Below are positions 20,653 to 30,617 of a stretch of DNA of 64,000 bases, piece after piece. The translations under genes were made by a program, and so were the position numbers. The notes beneath the pieces are model-generated. The model saw only the letters and a program-made list of their open reading frames with translations, did not search any database and was not told the origin of the DNA. The DNA is taken from contig OZ242010.1 of NCBI GenBank assembly GCA_965204745.1, forward strand, positions 1,312,001 through 1,376,000, given 5' to 3'. This DNA comes from Candidatus Latescibacterota bacterium. GTDB lineage: Bacteria > Latescibacterota > UBA2968. The number at the start of each line of letters is the position of its first letter. Position 1 is the first letter of the stretch.

Positions 20653-21014
20653 GCGGTTTATCGAGAAAATCAAGCCCTATCGCAGAATATGCTCTCGGTT
20701 TGAGAAACTGAAACAGTCGCGCCTTATCGGGACCTACCCCCCTAACCCCCCTTCCTGTGAGGAAGGGGGGAACGGTGAGCGGTTTTGCGAGGGGATTGAT
20801 GAGGGATATTTAATCGCTTTATGCCCTCGCGCAACGCCATCAAAGAAACTTTACTCCCCTTTCCTCGTAGGAAAGGGGCCGGGGGATAGGTCCCCTCGCG
20901 CAACGCCATCAGAGCAATCAGACCGAGAAGCCATCAGAGGAAACGCCTTAAATGAGCAAGCAACACAGTTGCTACTCTGTGCGTAACGTCAAAAAATAAA
21001 ACGTCAACACGACC
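20645..21014 (+). mobile_element. One-ended IS427-derived MITE remnant
   Basis: Begins with transposase tail VERFIEKIKPYRRICSRFEKL, carries hairpin modules, ends AAAACGTCAACACGACC|TA; other terminus missing. Confidence 0.75.
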
Positions 21015-21085
21015 TACTGACCGTAGCCTTGGGAACAACTACATCTCATTTTTCGTCAAAAGCCAACCACAACGAGGAGGACGTT

Positions 21086-24000
21086 ATGAAACTCAGCGAA
21101 TTTGCCATTCACAAGCCGATTAGCACCATTATGATCGCGATCAGTATCGTGGTGATGGGGTTTATTTCCCTGTTCAGGTTGCCGCTCGAATACCTGCCCA
21201 GTCTGACATTCCCGCGCATTTTTGTGTCGGTCAATTATCCCTCGTCTTCGCCGGAGGAAATCGAGCGGTTCATCACGCGGCCCATCGAGGAGATTCTCGG
21301 CACGATGTCCGGTATCGAAGGCATCAGTTCCTCGTCGAGCGGTTCTAGCGCGCGCATTGGGATGGAATTTGCGATGGACGCGGACATGGACCTCGTCGGC
21401 GTCCACATCCGCGACCGCTTGGATCAAGTGCGTGCGGACCTGCCCGAGGATGTGGACCGCATCGACATTCGCAGCTTTGACACCGAAGACTTTCCGGTGC
21501 TCGAATACTCCCTCACCTGGCTCGGGGAAAACGAACAAGAACTCGTCAATCTGTACAACCAGACGATCCTGCCCAGATTGCAACGTCTCGATGGCGTGGC
21601 GAGTGTGGTACTCGAGGGCTTGCGGGAAAAAGACCTGCTCGTGGAAGTCGATCAAAAAGCCCTGACCGCGTACAAACTCGACTTTCGCACCATCAATCGC
21701 GCCCTGAACAGCAACAACATCAACATCTCGGCGGGTTATGTCACCGAAGGCGGCAAACGCCTCGCGATTCGCAGCATGGGCGAGTTTGAAACCATCGATC
21801 AAATTCGGGAATTGCCCATTCGCCCCAACCTCACCTTGGGCGATATCGCCAACGTCACGTACGATTATCCCGAATCCCGCAGATTTGAACGCCTCGACGG
21901 CCGCGCCGCGCTGACCCTCGAAGTGCAGAAAGCCTCCACCGCCAACATGGTTGACGTGTGCAAACTCGCACGCACAGAACTCGAGACCATCCGCGATGAA
22001 GTCGGCAAAGACAAACTCCGCATGCACTTGGTGCGCGACCGGTCCATCGACGTGACGAACAGCATCGCCAGCCTCAGCCAGTCCGCGATCTTGGGGGGCC
22101 TGTTGGCCGTTGTTGCGATTTTCATTTTTCTCCGCAACTTCCGCAGCACGCTCATCATCGGCTCGGCCATTCCCATCAGCGTGCTCACCGTGTTTTTGAT
22201 CATGTACCTCATGCGGCAATTCGGGTCGAACATCACCCTCAATCTGATTTCCATGATGGGCTTGATGGTCGCCATCGGCATGCTGGTCGATCCCGCTGTC
22301 GTGGCCCTGGAAAATATCTTTCGCAAGCGATTTGACGAAGGCCAAGGCGCCACGCGGGCCGCACTCGAAGGCAGCGATGAAATCGGCCTGCCCGTGCTCG
22401 CCGCGTCGCTGACGACCATCTGCGTCTTCGTCCCGGTCATTTTCGTGACGGATTCGCGCACCTCGCTTTTCATGCGCGACTTTGCCGTGACGGTCATCAT
22501 CTCGGTCATCGCCTCGTTTTGCATCGCGCTCTCGCTCATCCCCTTGGCCGCGTCTCGCGCCTTCAACGCGGGCGGGCGCACGGTCGACCGCGTGCTCAAA
22601 GGCATCGTCGGCCTCGTAGGCGCGCTCGGGGTGGCTGTTTTTGCGTATTACACGGATTTTAGCAAAGTCGATTTTGCGGGCATGTGGGCAAATTTTGAGA
22701 ACACCATCCGCGCCTTGCCGGCATTTGCCAAAGTCGGTTTTCCCGGCATCGTCGCGCTGATCGTCTTTCTCGTGGTGCGATACCGCGCCATCGGCCCCAA
22801 AGCCCTGTACGCCAAGTGGGTCTCGGCCACCTTGCACTACCGCTGGGCCACGCTCTCTGCCGCGTGCGTGCTTCTGTTTGTGGGCAATCACATCTACGGC
22901 AAGGTGGAGCAACAGCCCTTCCGGTACCAACCCTCGCGGGCCGTGCGCCTCACGGTGGAGATGCCCCGTAGCTACGATGTGGATAAAGCGCGCGAGATTT
23001 TTGAGATCGCGGAAAACATTTTGATCGCGCGCAAAGACGAACTCGACATCGAGGCTATCGGTAGCCGATACAGCGGGCGGCGCGGCACGCGCTTGACCTT
23101 GTACCTCACGCCGGCAGACGAGGGCAAACTGACCACCGATGAGGTTCAGCGCAGGGTGATGGCCCTGTTGCCCAAAGACATTCCCGGGGTGCGCTTCAAA
23201 TCCGGCGGTGGGCGCGGCAGTTCGGCGGTGGGCGCGGGCGTGCAACTCAAGGGCCGCAACCAAGAAACGCTGGCGATTTTGGCCGAAGACATCGAGACCG
23301 GCATGCAGGACATGCCCGGCGTCCACGAAATCCAGACCAGCCTCGAGAGCGGCACCGAGGAAATCCGCGTGACCGTCAACCGGGAGCGCGCACAGCGATA
23401 CGGCCTTTCCCCACGCGACATCGCCACGACCATTGCCTCGGCCTTGGGGTCGCGCGGCGGGTCGAACTTCAAGACCCCGGATGGGGAGATCGACATCACC
23501 GTGCTCTTGCGCGAAGAAGACCGCGCCACCCTCGAGCAACTCAAAACGACGGAATTTGAGAGCGACAATGGCGGGATGGTCGCGTTCTCGAGCTTGGCGA
23601 ATTTCGACCTGACCACGGGCCGCAACACGATCCAGCGCGAAGACCGCATGTCAACTGTGACGGTGTTCGCCAACACGGACCAGCAAGCGGTGTTTCGCGT
23701 GGGGCAGATCATGAAAGCGCGCATGGAGGGCGTGCCCTTGCCCAAGGGCTATTCCTACGAAATGGACCGCCGGTTCCGGTCGATGAATGCGGAACAGGCG
23801 CAGGACTACGAGACCCTGATCTTCGCGCTGATCCTCATCTACATCATCATGGCGTCGCTCTTTGAATCCTACGTGCATCCGCTGACCATCATGTTCTGCA
23901 TCTTCTTTGCGTTCATCGGCGTGGCCTTGGGCCTCTACACGTTCAAAATCGCGATGGACAGCAATGCCAAGTACGGGCTTTTGGTGTTGTTTGGGATTGT

Positions 24001-24340
24001 GGTGAACAACGGGATCGTCTTGGTGGATCACATCAACCGGTACCGCAAACAGGGGCTCGTGCGCCGGGATGCGATTATTCGCGGGGGTCAGGACCGCCTG
24101 CGTCCGATTATGATGACCGCCACGACCACGATCATCGGCCTGATGCCGCTCGTCGTCCCCATGCTCTTTGGCAATGCCGAAGGCACGTCTCGGCGCTGGG
24201 GGCCCATTGGCTTGGTGGTGATTTCCGGGCTGTCCATCTCCACGGTTTTGACCCTCGTGCTCTTGCCCACGGTGTATTCGCTGATGGACGATTTGTCGCA
24301 CTTTGCCAAGCGCGTCACCGCTGTTGCGCGTGCGCGGTGA
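21086..24340 (+). CDS. RND efflux permease (AcrB/AcrD/AcrF family)
   Basis: ITRPIEE, IPISVL, GMLVDPAVVALENI, LFESYVHP, GIVVNNGIVLVD, RLRPIMMT; GAGGAGG RBS. Confidence 0.95.
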   Translation: MKLSEFAIHKPISTIMIAISIVVMGFISLFRLPLEYLPSLTFPRIFVSVNYPSSSPEEIERFITRPIEEILGTMSGIEGISSSSSGSSARIGMEFAMDADMDLVGVHIRDRLDQVRADLPEDVDRIDIRSFDTEDFPVLEYSLTWLGENEQELVNLYNQTILPRLQRLDGVASVVLEGLREKDLLVEVDQKALTAYKLDFRTINRALNSNNINISAGYVTEGGKRLAIRSMGEFETIDQIRELPIRPNLTLGDIANVTYDYPESRRFERLDGRAALTLEVQKASTANMVDVCKLARTELETIRDEVGKDKLRMHLVRDRSIDVTNSIASLSQSAILGGLLAVVAIFIFLRNFRSTLIIGSAIPISVLTVFLIMYLMRQFGSNITLNLISMMGLMVAIGMLVDPAVVALENIFRKRFDEGQGATRAALEGSDEIGLPVLAASLTTICVFVPVIFVTDSRTSLFMRDFAVTVIISVIASFCIALSLIPLAASRAFNAGGRTVDRVLKGIVGLVGALGVAVFAYYTDFSKVDFAGMWANFENTIRALPAFAKVGFPGIVALIVFLVVRYRAIGPKALYAKWVSATLHYRWATLSAACVLLFVGNHIYGKVEQQPFRYQPSRAVRLTVEMPRSYDVDKAREIFEIAENILIARKDELDIEAIGSRYSGRRGTRLTLYLTPADEGKLTTDEVQRRVMALLPKDIPGVRFKSGGGRGSSAVGAGVQLKGRNQETLAILAEDIETGMQDMPGVHEIQTSLESGTEEIRVTVNRERAQRYGLSPRDIATTIASALGSRGGSNFKTPDGEIDITVLLREEDRATLEQLKTTEFESDNGGMVAFSSLANFDLTTGRNTIQREDRMSTVTVFANTDQQAVFRVGQIMKARMEGVPLPKGYSYEMDRRFRSMNAEQAQDYETLIFALILIYIIMASLFESYVHPLTIMFCIFFAFIGVALGLYTFKIAMDSNAKYGLLVLFGIVVNNGIVLVDHINRYRKQGLVRRDAIIRGGQDRLRPIMMTATTTIIGLMPLVVPMLFGNAEGTSRRWGPIGLVVISGLSISTVLTLVLLPTVYSLMDDLSHFAKRVTAVARAR

Positions 24341-24348
24341 TGCAACCC

Positions 24349-24377
24349 TTGACAATTTCCGAAAAAGATACTACAAT
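24349..24377 (+). promoter_or_regulatory. sigma70-like promoter
   Basis: TTGACA-17 bp-TACAAT. Confidence 0.6.
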
Positions 24378-24413
24378 CGCATATCGTTCATCCAACCCCA
24401 CCCACACAAGGAG

Positions 24414-25058
24414 ATGTCGTCTATGATTCCCTATTTGGAGTTAGGTCTCGGGCTGCTCGTCGTGTTGCTGTTCATTTTTAATGTCTGCCAGTTTCTCCAG
24501 CGGCGGGCCGCTTTGCACATCGCCGAAGTGCTCTACGTGATGACCCGGCATGTGCGCGAAAAGATCGCCGAAGCCAATGCCGAACCCAAAGACATTGAAA
24601 TCGTGGAAGCCCATCTGTTTTCGATGATCACATCCGCCCGCAGCCTGTTGCGGACCTTGGGCCGCAAGTTGCGCCCAGACCCGGCATTGGATTTGACCGG
24701 CAACGCGCCCAAAATGGACGATGAAAGCCTCGTCCGCCTCGCCGACAATATCCTCTTTTCGGTCAAAGAAGATGCGAAAGATGTCAGTTGGAATGAGGTT
24801 GTCGATAACGCGCTCGACAAATTCCATCAAAGAACGCCGGAACTCGACCGCGAAGGCGCGAAGAAAATCATGACCGTCGTCGCCAAACAACACGAGCCGG
24901 ACAACTCGTACACCTTGCGCGAAGAACCCGCCCGAGAAGAACCGACCATCAAAGCATCCGCAGAACCCGTGCAAGGCTCAAAAAGCAAAACCGCAGAGGA
25001 TAACCGCCGTGAATCCAGAAGCGAGCCCATTCAGACCGGGGCAGCCAGTGCCGATTGA
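24414..25058 (+). CDS. Hypothetical protein with N-terminal membrane anchor
   Basis: AAGGAG RBS, single TM segment, charged low-complexity tail; alternative start 24423. Confidence 0.75.
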   Translation: MSSMIPYLELGLGLLVVLLFIFNVCQFLQRRAALHIAEVLYVMTRHVREKIAEANAEPKDIEIVEAHLFSMITSARSLLRTLGRKLRPDPALDLTGNAPKMDDESLVRLADNILFSVKEDAKDVSWNEVVDNALDKFHQRTPELDREGAKKIMTVVAKQHEPDNSYTLREEPAREEPTIKASAEPVQGSKSKTAEDNRRESRSEPIQTGAASAD

Positions 25059-26223
25059 GTTTTTTGTCGGACGCATCAAAGAGATCGACCGCGTGCGCGG
25101 CATGGCAAAAGCGGCCGCGCAGGGCAGATTCAAAATTGGATTCATCAGCGGAGAGCGGGGCATTGGCAAGAGCTCTTTGGCCTATTTCGCACGCCGCCTT
25201 TCGGCCCGCGAGTGCAATACCGCAGGTTGCCACGTTTTTCTCGGCGGCGTCCAAGCCTTGAACGAGATGGTGCGAAAGACATTTGATCACCTGATCAAAG
25301 AGAGCGTCGACCAGCCGTGGCACCAGCAAGTCAGGGGATTCTTTGGCGATCACATCCGCAAAGTGGGCTTGTTTGGCTTTTCGCTCGAGTTGGATCTCAA
25401 AGAGCGCGATTTATCCATCCTGACCCAAAATTTTGTTCCGTCCATGAGAAATTTTTTGGACGAACTCAAGGGTCAAAAGGACGCGCTCTTTTTGGTTTTG
25501 GATGATATCAACGGGCTTGCGACCTCCGAAGAATTTGCCAACTGGCTCAAAAGCACGGTGGATGAAATCGCCACATCCGACCGAGAAATGCCGCTTTGCA
25601 TGCTCGTCGTTGGGCTTGAAGAGCGACGCCGAGAACTGGTAGAGAGACAACCCTCACTCGCCCGGGTTTTTGAACTGATCGATATCGCCCCATGGTCAGA
25701 CGAGGAAGCCGCAGAGTTTTACCGACGCACGTTCCAATCCGCACGCGCAAAAATAGAACCGGCGGAACTCAATACCCTCGTTCAGTTCACGGGTGGCTTG
25801 CCGGTTTTGGCGCACGAGATCGGCGATGCAGTGTGGCGAACCGCCAAAACCTTGGAAATCAATGCGCGGGAAATTTCCCGAGGCATCGTCAACGCGGCCG
25901 AGGTCATCGGTCACAAATTGTTGGAACCGCAAATTTTCAGCGCGATTCGCAGTGAAAGGTACCGATCAATTTTCCAGAAAATGGCGGATAAGCCCCAAAT
26001 GCGTTTTCGGAGATCGGAACTCGCGGCGCGTCTGACGACCGAAGAGGGAAAAGTGATGGACAATTTCCTCAGACGCATGCGAAACCTGGGCGCCATCGAG
26101 ACAGACGCCGATGTGCGCGGGGGGTACAAATTTCCCAATCACCTCCACGCCCTCTATTTTTGTTTGGAAGCGAAACGCGCAAAATCAAATAGACGCACAG
26201 GCGTAGCCCACAACGCAATGTAG
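25009..26223 (+). CDS. STAND-like/AAA_16 P-loop ATPase with C-terminal winged helix
   Basis: SPFRPG..FFVGR, Walker A GERGIGKS, Walker B LVLDD, TGGLP motif. Confidence 0.85.
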   Translation: MNPEASPFRPGQPVPIEFFVGRIKEIDRVRGMAKAAAQGRFKIGFISGERGIGKSSLAYFARRLSARECNTAGCHVFLGGVQALNEMVRKTFDHLIKESVDQPWHQQVRGFFGDHIRKVGLFGFSLELDLKERDLSILTQNFVPSMRNFLDELKGQKDALFLVLDDINGLATSEEFANWLKSTVDEIATSDREMPLCMLVVGLEERRRELVERQPSLARVFELIDIAPWSDEEAAEFYRRTFQSARAKIEPAELNTLVQFTGGLPVLAHEIGDAVWRTAKTLEINAREISRGIVNAAEVIGHKLLEPQIFSAIRSERYRSIFQKMADKPQMRFRRSELAARLTTEEGKVMDNFLRRMRNLGAIETDADVRGGYKFPNHLHALYFCLEAKRAKSNRRTGVAHNAM

Positions 26224-26250
26224 CGAGTAATTTCGTCCAACGCGCCAAAC

Positions 26251-26289
26251 CAGTTGTCAGTTGTCAGTTGTCAGTTGTCAGTTGTCAGT
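26251..26289. repeat. Heptamer tandem repeat (CAGTTGT)x5
   Basis: Direct reading. Confidence 0.9.
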
Positions 26290-26323
26290 CCCCGCCCAAC
26301 ACACCCAAAACCGAGGAGCAACT

Positions 26324-26698
26324 GTGGCATTTACCATTACCAAAACCATCCGTCCCAATGCCGTGTGGCAAGAGATGTATCTCCAGGTGCAAAAAGATCA
26401 GCGCGTGATCATCAGCGCGGAGGGCCTCTGGTCGCCCGAGATGCGCCCGCTGACAATCGTCTGGTGCGGGCCCGATGGCATTGAAGGCCGTCCCGCGGGC
26501 GAGCGATATCTTTTGCCCGGCACCAATGTCGGCGCGTTGGTCGGGCGCATTGCCGGTAGCCCGATCCTCGCGGTGGGCAATTACTTCGATTTTTATTCGC
26601 CCTACGAAGGCCCGCTGTTTCTCGCGATGAACGAAAATCCCGACTACCACGGTCAGGCCGGTTCCGTCCACGCGCAAATCATCTTGTTCGACCTGTGA
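26324..26698 (+). CDS. LecA/PA-IL-like beta-sandwich (putative lectin)
   Basis: GTG start with GAGGAG RBS; pattern IISAEGLW...GPDG...GALVGRI...VG...GPLFLAMNE...GSVHAQI resembles PA-IL. Confidence 0.55.
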   Translation: MAFTITKTIRPNAVWQEMYLQVQKDQRVIISAEGLWSPEMRPLTIVWCGPDGIEGRPAGERYLLPGTNVGALVGRIAGSPILAVGNYFDFYSPYEGPLFLAMNENPDYHGQAGSVHAQIILFDL

Positions 26699-27477
26699 AA
26701 CTTTTCCGTTTTTTCGCCCGCGAATACGCCCTGTCCGGGCTGTTCATCCTCTTGTTGCTCGGCGTGTGGGAAGCCATCGTGCGAACCCTCGACATCGCGG
26801 CATTCATCTTGCCTCCCCCCTCGCAAATCCTATCCAAATTCGCAACCTCGCATCGCCTTTTGCTCTCGCACGGCGCGGTGACATTGACCGAAGCCCTGGG
26901 CGGTTTTTTCCTCGGCGCCTCGTCCGGCTTGCTCTGCGCGATAGCCATGGCCCGCTCTCGCCTGATCGAGCGGATGCTCTATCCGCTGGTCATCTCCACG
27001 CAGACCTTTCCCAAAGAAGCACTCGCCCCGGTCTTCGTGATCTGGTTTGGATTTGGCCTGTTGCCCAAGGTGATCATCGCCGGACTCATTTCATTTTTTC
27101 CGGTCGTGATCAACACCACGCGCGGCCTGCTCTCGGTTGACAAACCCATCCTCGACTTGATGCGGTCGCTTTCGGCCAATCAACGCCAGATATTTTTTAA
27201 GGTTCGCCTGCCCCATGCCATTCCCTACCTTTTTGCGGCCCTCAAGATGTGCATCACGCTCAGCGTTATCGGCGCGGTGGTCGGCGAATTTGTCGGCGCC
27301 AGCGCGGGATTGGGCCACCTCATTCGCCTCGCCAATTCAGAACTCGCCACGGACCTGATGTTCGCCGCGCTGCTCGCCTTGGGTTGCATGGGCACGGGCC
27401 TGTTTTTGCTCGTGGATGGCCTCGAGAAAATCGCCCTGCGCCGTTGGGGCGGCACCGTTGAAACGATGGGTCGCTAA
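26695..27477 (+). CDS. ABC transporter permease, NitT/TauT family
   Basis: FILPPPS, SQTFPKEALAP, FFPVVINT, IGAVVGEF. Confidence 0.92.
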   Translation: MKLFRFFAREYALSGLFILLLLGVWEAIVRTLDIAAFILPPPSQILSKFATSHRLLLSHGAVTLTEALGGFFLGASSGLLCAIAMARSRLIERMLYPLVISTQTFPKEALAPVFVIWFGFGLLPKVIIAGLISFFPVVINTTRGLLSVDKPILDLMRSLSANQRQIFFKVRLPHAIPYLFAALKMCITLSVIGAVVGEFVGASAGLGHLIRLANSELATDLMFAALLALGCMGTGLFLLVDGLEKIALRRWGGTVETMGR

Positions 27478-27582
27478 CTGGAAACTGGAATTGCGAATGC
27501 CCATCCCCGACAGCTCGTTTTGTTCGTCTATTACTCGCACGTCGTAGCACTTGTATCGCGTATTCTGAACGGAGAGATCGCC

Positions 27583-28557
27583 ATGAAATGGATCGCTTTT
27601 GCCCTCGGGTTCATCGCCCTGTCCTGCACGGGGACGGATGAGACGCCTGTGCCGTTCATCCTCGACTGGAAGGCGCAGATGGAACACGCGGGCTTTTTTG
27701 TCGCGCAACAAAAGGGGTTTTACGAACAAGAGGGCCTCGAGGTCGAAATCCTCGACGGTAGCGGCGCGCCCACTGCGGCCCGCGTGGTTGGCAACGGGAC
27801 TTACAAACTCGGCGTGGCGAGTGGCGCGGCAACGGTGATGGCACGCGCGCACAATATCCCCATCGTGTCGCTGGCCGTGATCAATCAGCAAACCCCGGTG
27901 GTCGTGTATTCGCTCGTAGAAAAAAATATTACAACCCCCGCGGACTTGATCGGCAAACGCATTGGGGTCAACATCGGCGGCACCAAGCACCGGGAATTTC
28001 AAGCCTTTTTGCGCCGGCAAAATATTTCCGAAGACGACATCCAACTGATGGGCATGAGCGAAGCCAGTCCCGCGCCGCTCTTGGCGGGTCAAGTGGATGC
28101 GATGCTCGGGTACACCGAAGACCAACCCGTGACCGTAGAACTACAAGGCCACGCGGTTCACCGCCTCGCGCTGTCGGATTACGGCATCGACATCTACAGC
28201 ACCAACATCATTGCCAACGCGAATTTTCTCAAAGAAAACCCCGATCTGGTCAAACGCTTTTTGCGGGCGAGTCTGCGCGGCTGGCAACGCGCTGTCGATC
28301 ATCCCGAAGACGCGGTCGCCGCGTACATGGCGGCCCGCCCGGAAAGCGACGAGGCTTTCAACCGCGCCAATTTCAAATACCTAATCCCCCTGTTGCAAAG
28401 CGCGGACACGCAGCAACTGGGCTTGGGGGCGCAAACAAAAGCCAAGTGGCAACAGACGCAGGACATCCTCCACAGCTTGGGCATGATCGATCAAAAAGTC
28501 GATCCCGACCTGCTCTTCACCGCGGCGTTTATGCCTGAAAAGGGGAGCCGCCCTTAG
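27583..28557 (+). CDS. ABC substrate-binding lipoprotein, NMT1/THI5-like
   Basis: Lipobox ALSC, LDW, KGFYEQEGLEVEI, DLIGKRIG, FLRASLRGW. Confidence 0.9.
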   Translation: MKWIAFALGFIALSCTGTDETPVPFILDWKAQMEHAGFFVAQQKGFYEQEGLEVEILDGSGAPTAARVVGNGTYKLGVASGAATVMARAHNIPIVSLAVINQQTPVVVYSLVEKNITTPADLIGKRIGVNIGGTKHREFQAFLRRQNISEDDIQLMGMSEASPAPLLAGQVDAMLGYTEDQPVTVELQGHAVHRLALSDYGIDIYSTNIIANANFLKENPDLVKRFLRASLRGWQRAVDHPEDAVAAYMAARPESDEAFNRANFKYLIPLLQSADTQQLGLGAQTKAKWQQTQDILHSLGMIDQKVDPDLLFTAAFMPEKGSRP

Positions 28558-28668
28558 CCCTAACCCGTGCGATCCCTGCCCACCGCCACCCCGCCGTGTG
28601 CGTGAGTGCGTTAGAAACAGGCCATCCATCTAGACCGCATGCCCGTGAACTCAAACCCCATTCCCAAG

Positions 28669-28740
28669 CCCCGTGCCTGTCCGAAGCAGTGATAGTTGAA
28701 GTGTTCCAGTATATAGGACAACAACAATTCAATTTTGTAT
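28669..28740 (+). repeat. REP half with conserved AT-rich extension (copy 2)
   Basis: Matches 14421-14494. Confidence 0.7.
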
Positions 28741-28995
28741 AAGTAATCCAGTAATTTTTTTTCCAACAAAATAACATGCCCCGACGATCCAAAAATCGCC
28801 GGGGCGTGTGTTTTGGCGGATGGGCGGGGACTGACCACTTGGGCGGCGGGATTGCCTCCCCTCCCGTCTTACATCTTACGTCTCACGTCTTGCCTCTCAC
28901 TGGTGGATGGGCTGTTGGGCGGCCCTCTCCCGTCTCACCTCTTACCTCTCACTGGTGGATGGGCGAATGGGTGGGGACTGACCACTGACCACGAC

Positions 28996-29739
28996 ATGAA
29001 AAATTGGCTCATTTATTTTCTTTTTTTCACCTCGCACGGAACCACCTTTGCCGAACCCGTGACCGTGTACGCGGCGGCCAGTTTGACGAGCGCGTTGCAG
29101 GACGTGTCCAAAATCGCAGAACAGCGGGGTGTGGCACTGCGCTTGTCTTTTGCCAGTTCTTCCATCCTCGCCAAGCAAATTGCGATGGGCGCGCCTGCGG
29201 ACGTGTATTTCTCCGCAAATGTGAAATGGATGGATTTTCTGGCAGATGAAAATTTGATAGAACCCGATACCCGCATCGACCTCTTGGGCAACGCGCTGGT
29301 GGTGATCGCGCCCAAGGGCGAGCAAAAACCCTGGTCCGAGTTTCGCTTGCCCGCGTCCGGGACAGTGGCCCTGGGCGATCCGTCCCATGTGCCTGCGGGG
29401 ATGTACGCCAGAGACGCGCTGAAAAAATTGGGCTGGTGGGACGTGCTCAAAAACCGCATGGCCCCTGCAATGGATGTGCGCGGCGCGTTGGCATTGGTCG
29501 CACGCGGCGAGTGCGCGTTGGGAATCGTCTATGCCACTGATGCCGCGATCAGCACTGAGATCGAGATACTCGCCACCCTGCCCGATTCCCTGTTGAATAC
29601 ATCTATCGCCTATCCCATCGCCATTGTAAAAGGCCGCCGCACGCCCTCGGTCAATGCGGCGATGGCCCTTTTGCAATCGGCCACAGCCGCTACGGTATTT
29701 CGACGATACGGATTTCGCGTCTTGCCCATAGCGAAATAA
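28996..29739 (+). CDS. modA: Molybdate ABC transporter substrate-binding protein
   Basis: VYAAASL, FASSSILAKQI, GAPADVYFSAN, HVPAGMYA, GIVYATDA. Confidence 0.93.
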   Translation: MKNWLIYFLFFTSHGTTFAEPVTVYAAASLTSALQDVSKIAEQRGVALRLSFASSSILAKQIAMGAPADVYFSANVKWMDFLADENLIEPDTRIDLLGNALVVIAPKGEQKPWSEFRLPASGTVALGDPSHVPAGMYARDALKKLGWWDVLKNRMAPAMDVRGALALVARGECALGIVYATDAAISTEIEILATLPDSLLNTSIAYPIAIVKGRRTPSVNAAMALLQSATAATVFRRYGFRVLPIAK

Positions 29740-29776
29740 AAAAAAGGACGGAAGCGAGATTGCCTCCGTCCTTTTG
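29740..29776. terminator. Bidirectional intrinsic terminator
   Basis: A-tract, GGACGGA...TCCGTCC stem, T-tract. Confidence 0.7.
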
Positions 29777-29817
29777 CATAACGAAGCGTAGCGAAGGGGG
29801 CGGTTGGTTTTATCACG

Positions 29818-29846
29818 TTGACAATACTGGGCGTTTTGTCTATTAT
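29818..29846 (+). promoter_or_regulatory. sigma70-like promoter
   Basis: TTGACA-17 bp-TATTAT. Confidence 0.65.
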
Positions 29847-29875
29847 GCGAACTCTTTTTTACGGCGATTGATCCC

Positions 29876-30583
29876 ATGGTGGCATTAGAAAAATTGGCGA
29901 AAATTTGTGCCCAAAATCCCGCGTCCGTTTTGTTTGCGCGATTGGCGGATGGGTTGTTGCAACAGGGAGATGTTGCACGGGCACTGGCGGTTTGCCGCAC
30001 CGGAGTGCGATATCGACCGTCTTATGTGGCCGGGCAAGTGGTGATGGGCAAGTGCTATTTGGCCGCGGGTCAGTGCGAAGAAGCGCGGTTGGCGTTTGAA
30101 AAGGCGTTGCAGTTGGATGCGGACCACTTGGTTGCGCGCTGGCATTTGGGCCATATCGCGTTGCAACAGGGCCGAGGCGCTCTCGCGCTGGAGCACTTTG
30201 AATCGGCGCGGGCACGCGATCCCTTTGGCCCTGAACTCCGCGAGCAAATTTGCAAACTCAAGGGCGAACCGACCGAAGAGGCGCGAGATGAAACATCGAA
30301 AGCCCCACCCGATGAATCTGACGCGCCTGTTCCCGTATCCGAGTCGCTACCGCCTCTCGCAGAGGAAGGGATTGAGGAACATTTAGACGCGCTGATCGAG
30401 CCGCGCAACCCAGCGCCGAAATCCGACGCGCCGCTGATCGCAACCGCAACACTGGCCGAACTCTACGCCAATCAAGGGTCGATTCAAGAGGCCATCGCGG
30501 TTTTGGAACAGATGCTCGCACGCGAGCCAGACAATAGGCGCGTGATCGCGCGGTTGGACGAGTTGCGAAATTTGCCGGAATAG
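29876..30583 (+). CDS. Tetratricopeptide repeat protein
   Basis: NPASVLFARLAD, TPR helices, C-terminal TATLAELYANQG...AIAVLEQML. Confidence 0.85.
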   Translation: MVALEKLAKICAQNPASVLFARLADGLLQQGDVARALAVCRTGVRYRPSYVAGQVVMGKCYLAAGQCEEARLAFEKALQLDADHLVARWHLGHIALQQGRGALALEHFESARARDPFGPELREQICKLKGEPTEEARDETSKAPPDESDAPVPVSESLPPLAEEGIEEHLDALIEPRNPAPKSDAPLIATATLAELYANQGSIQEAIAVLEQMLAREPDNRRVIARLDELRNLPE

Positions 30584-30617
30584 GCGACCCACCCATTCAT
30601 CTTTTTTGGAGTGCATC

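Noticed and set aside
21056-23539. 827-aa minus-strand ORF
   Set aside because: Antisense shadow of the RND gene typical of high-GC DNA; the same applies to 14562-16586, 32225-33898, 8345-9478 and similar ORFs
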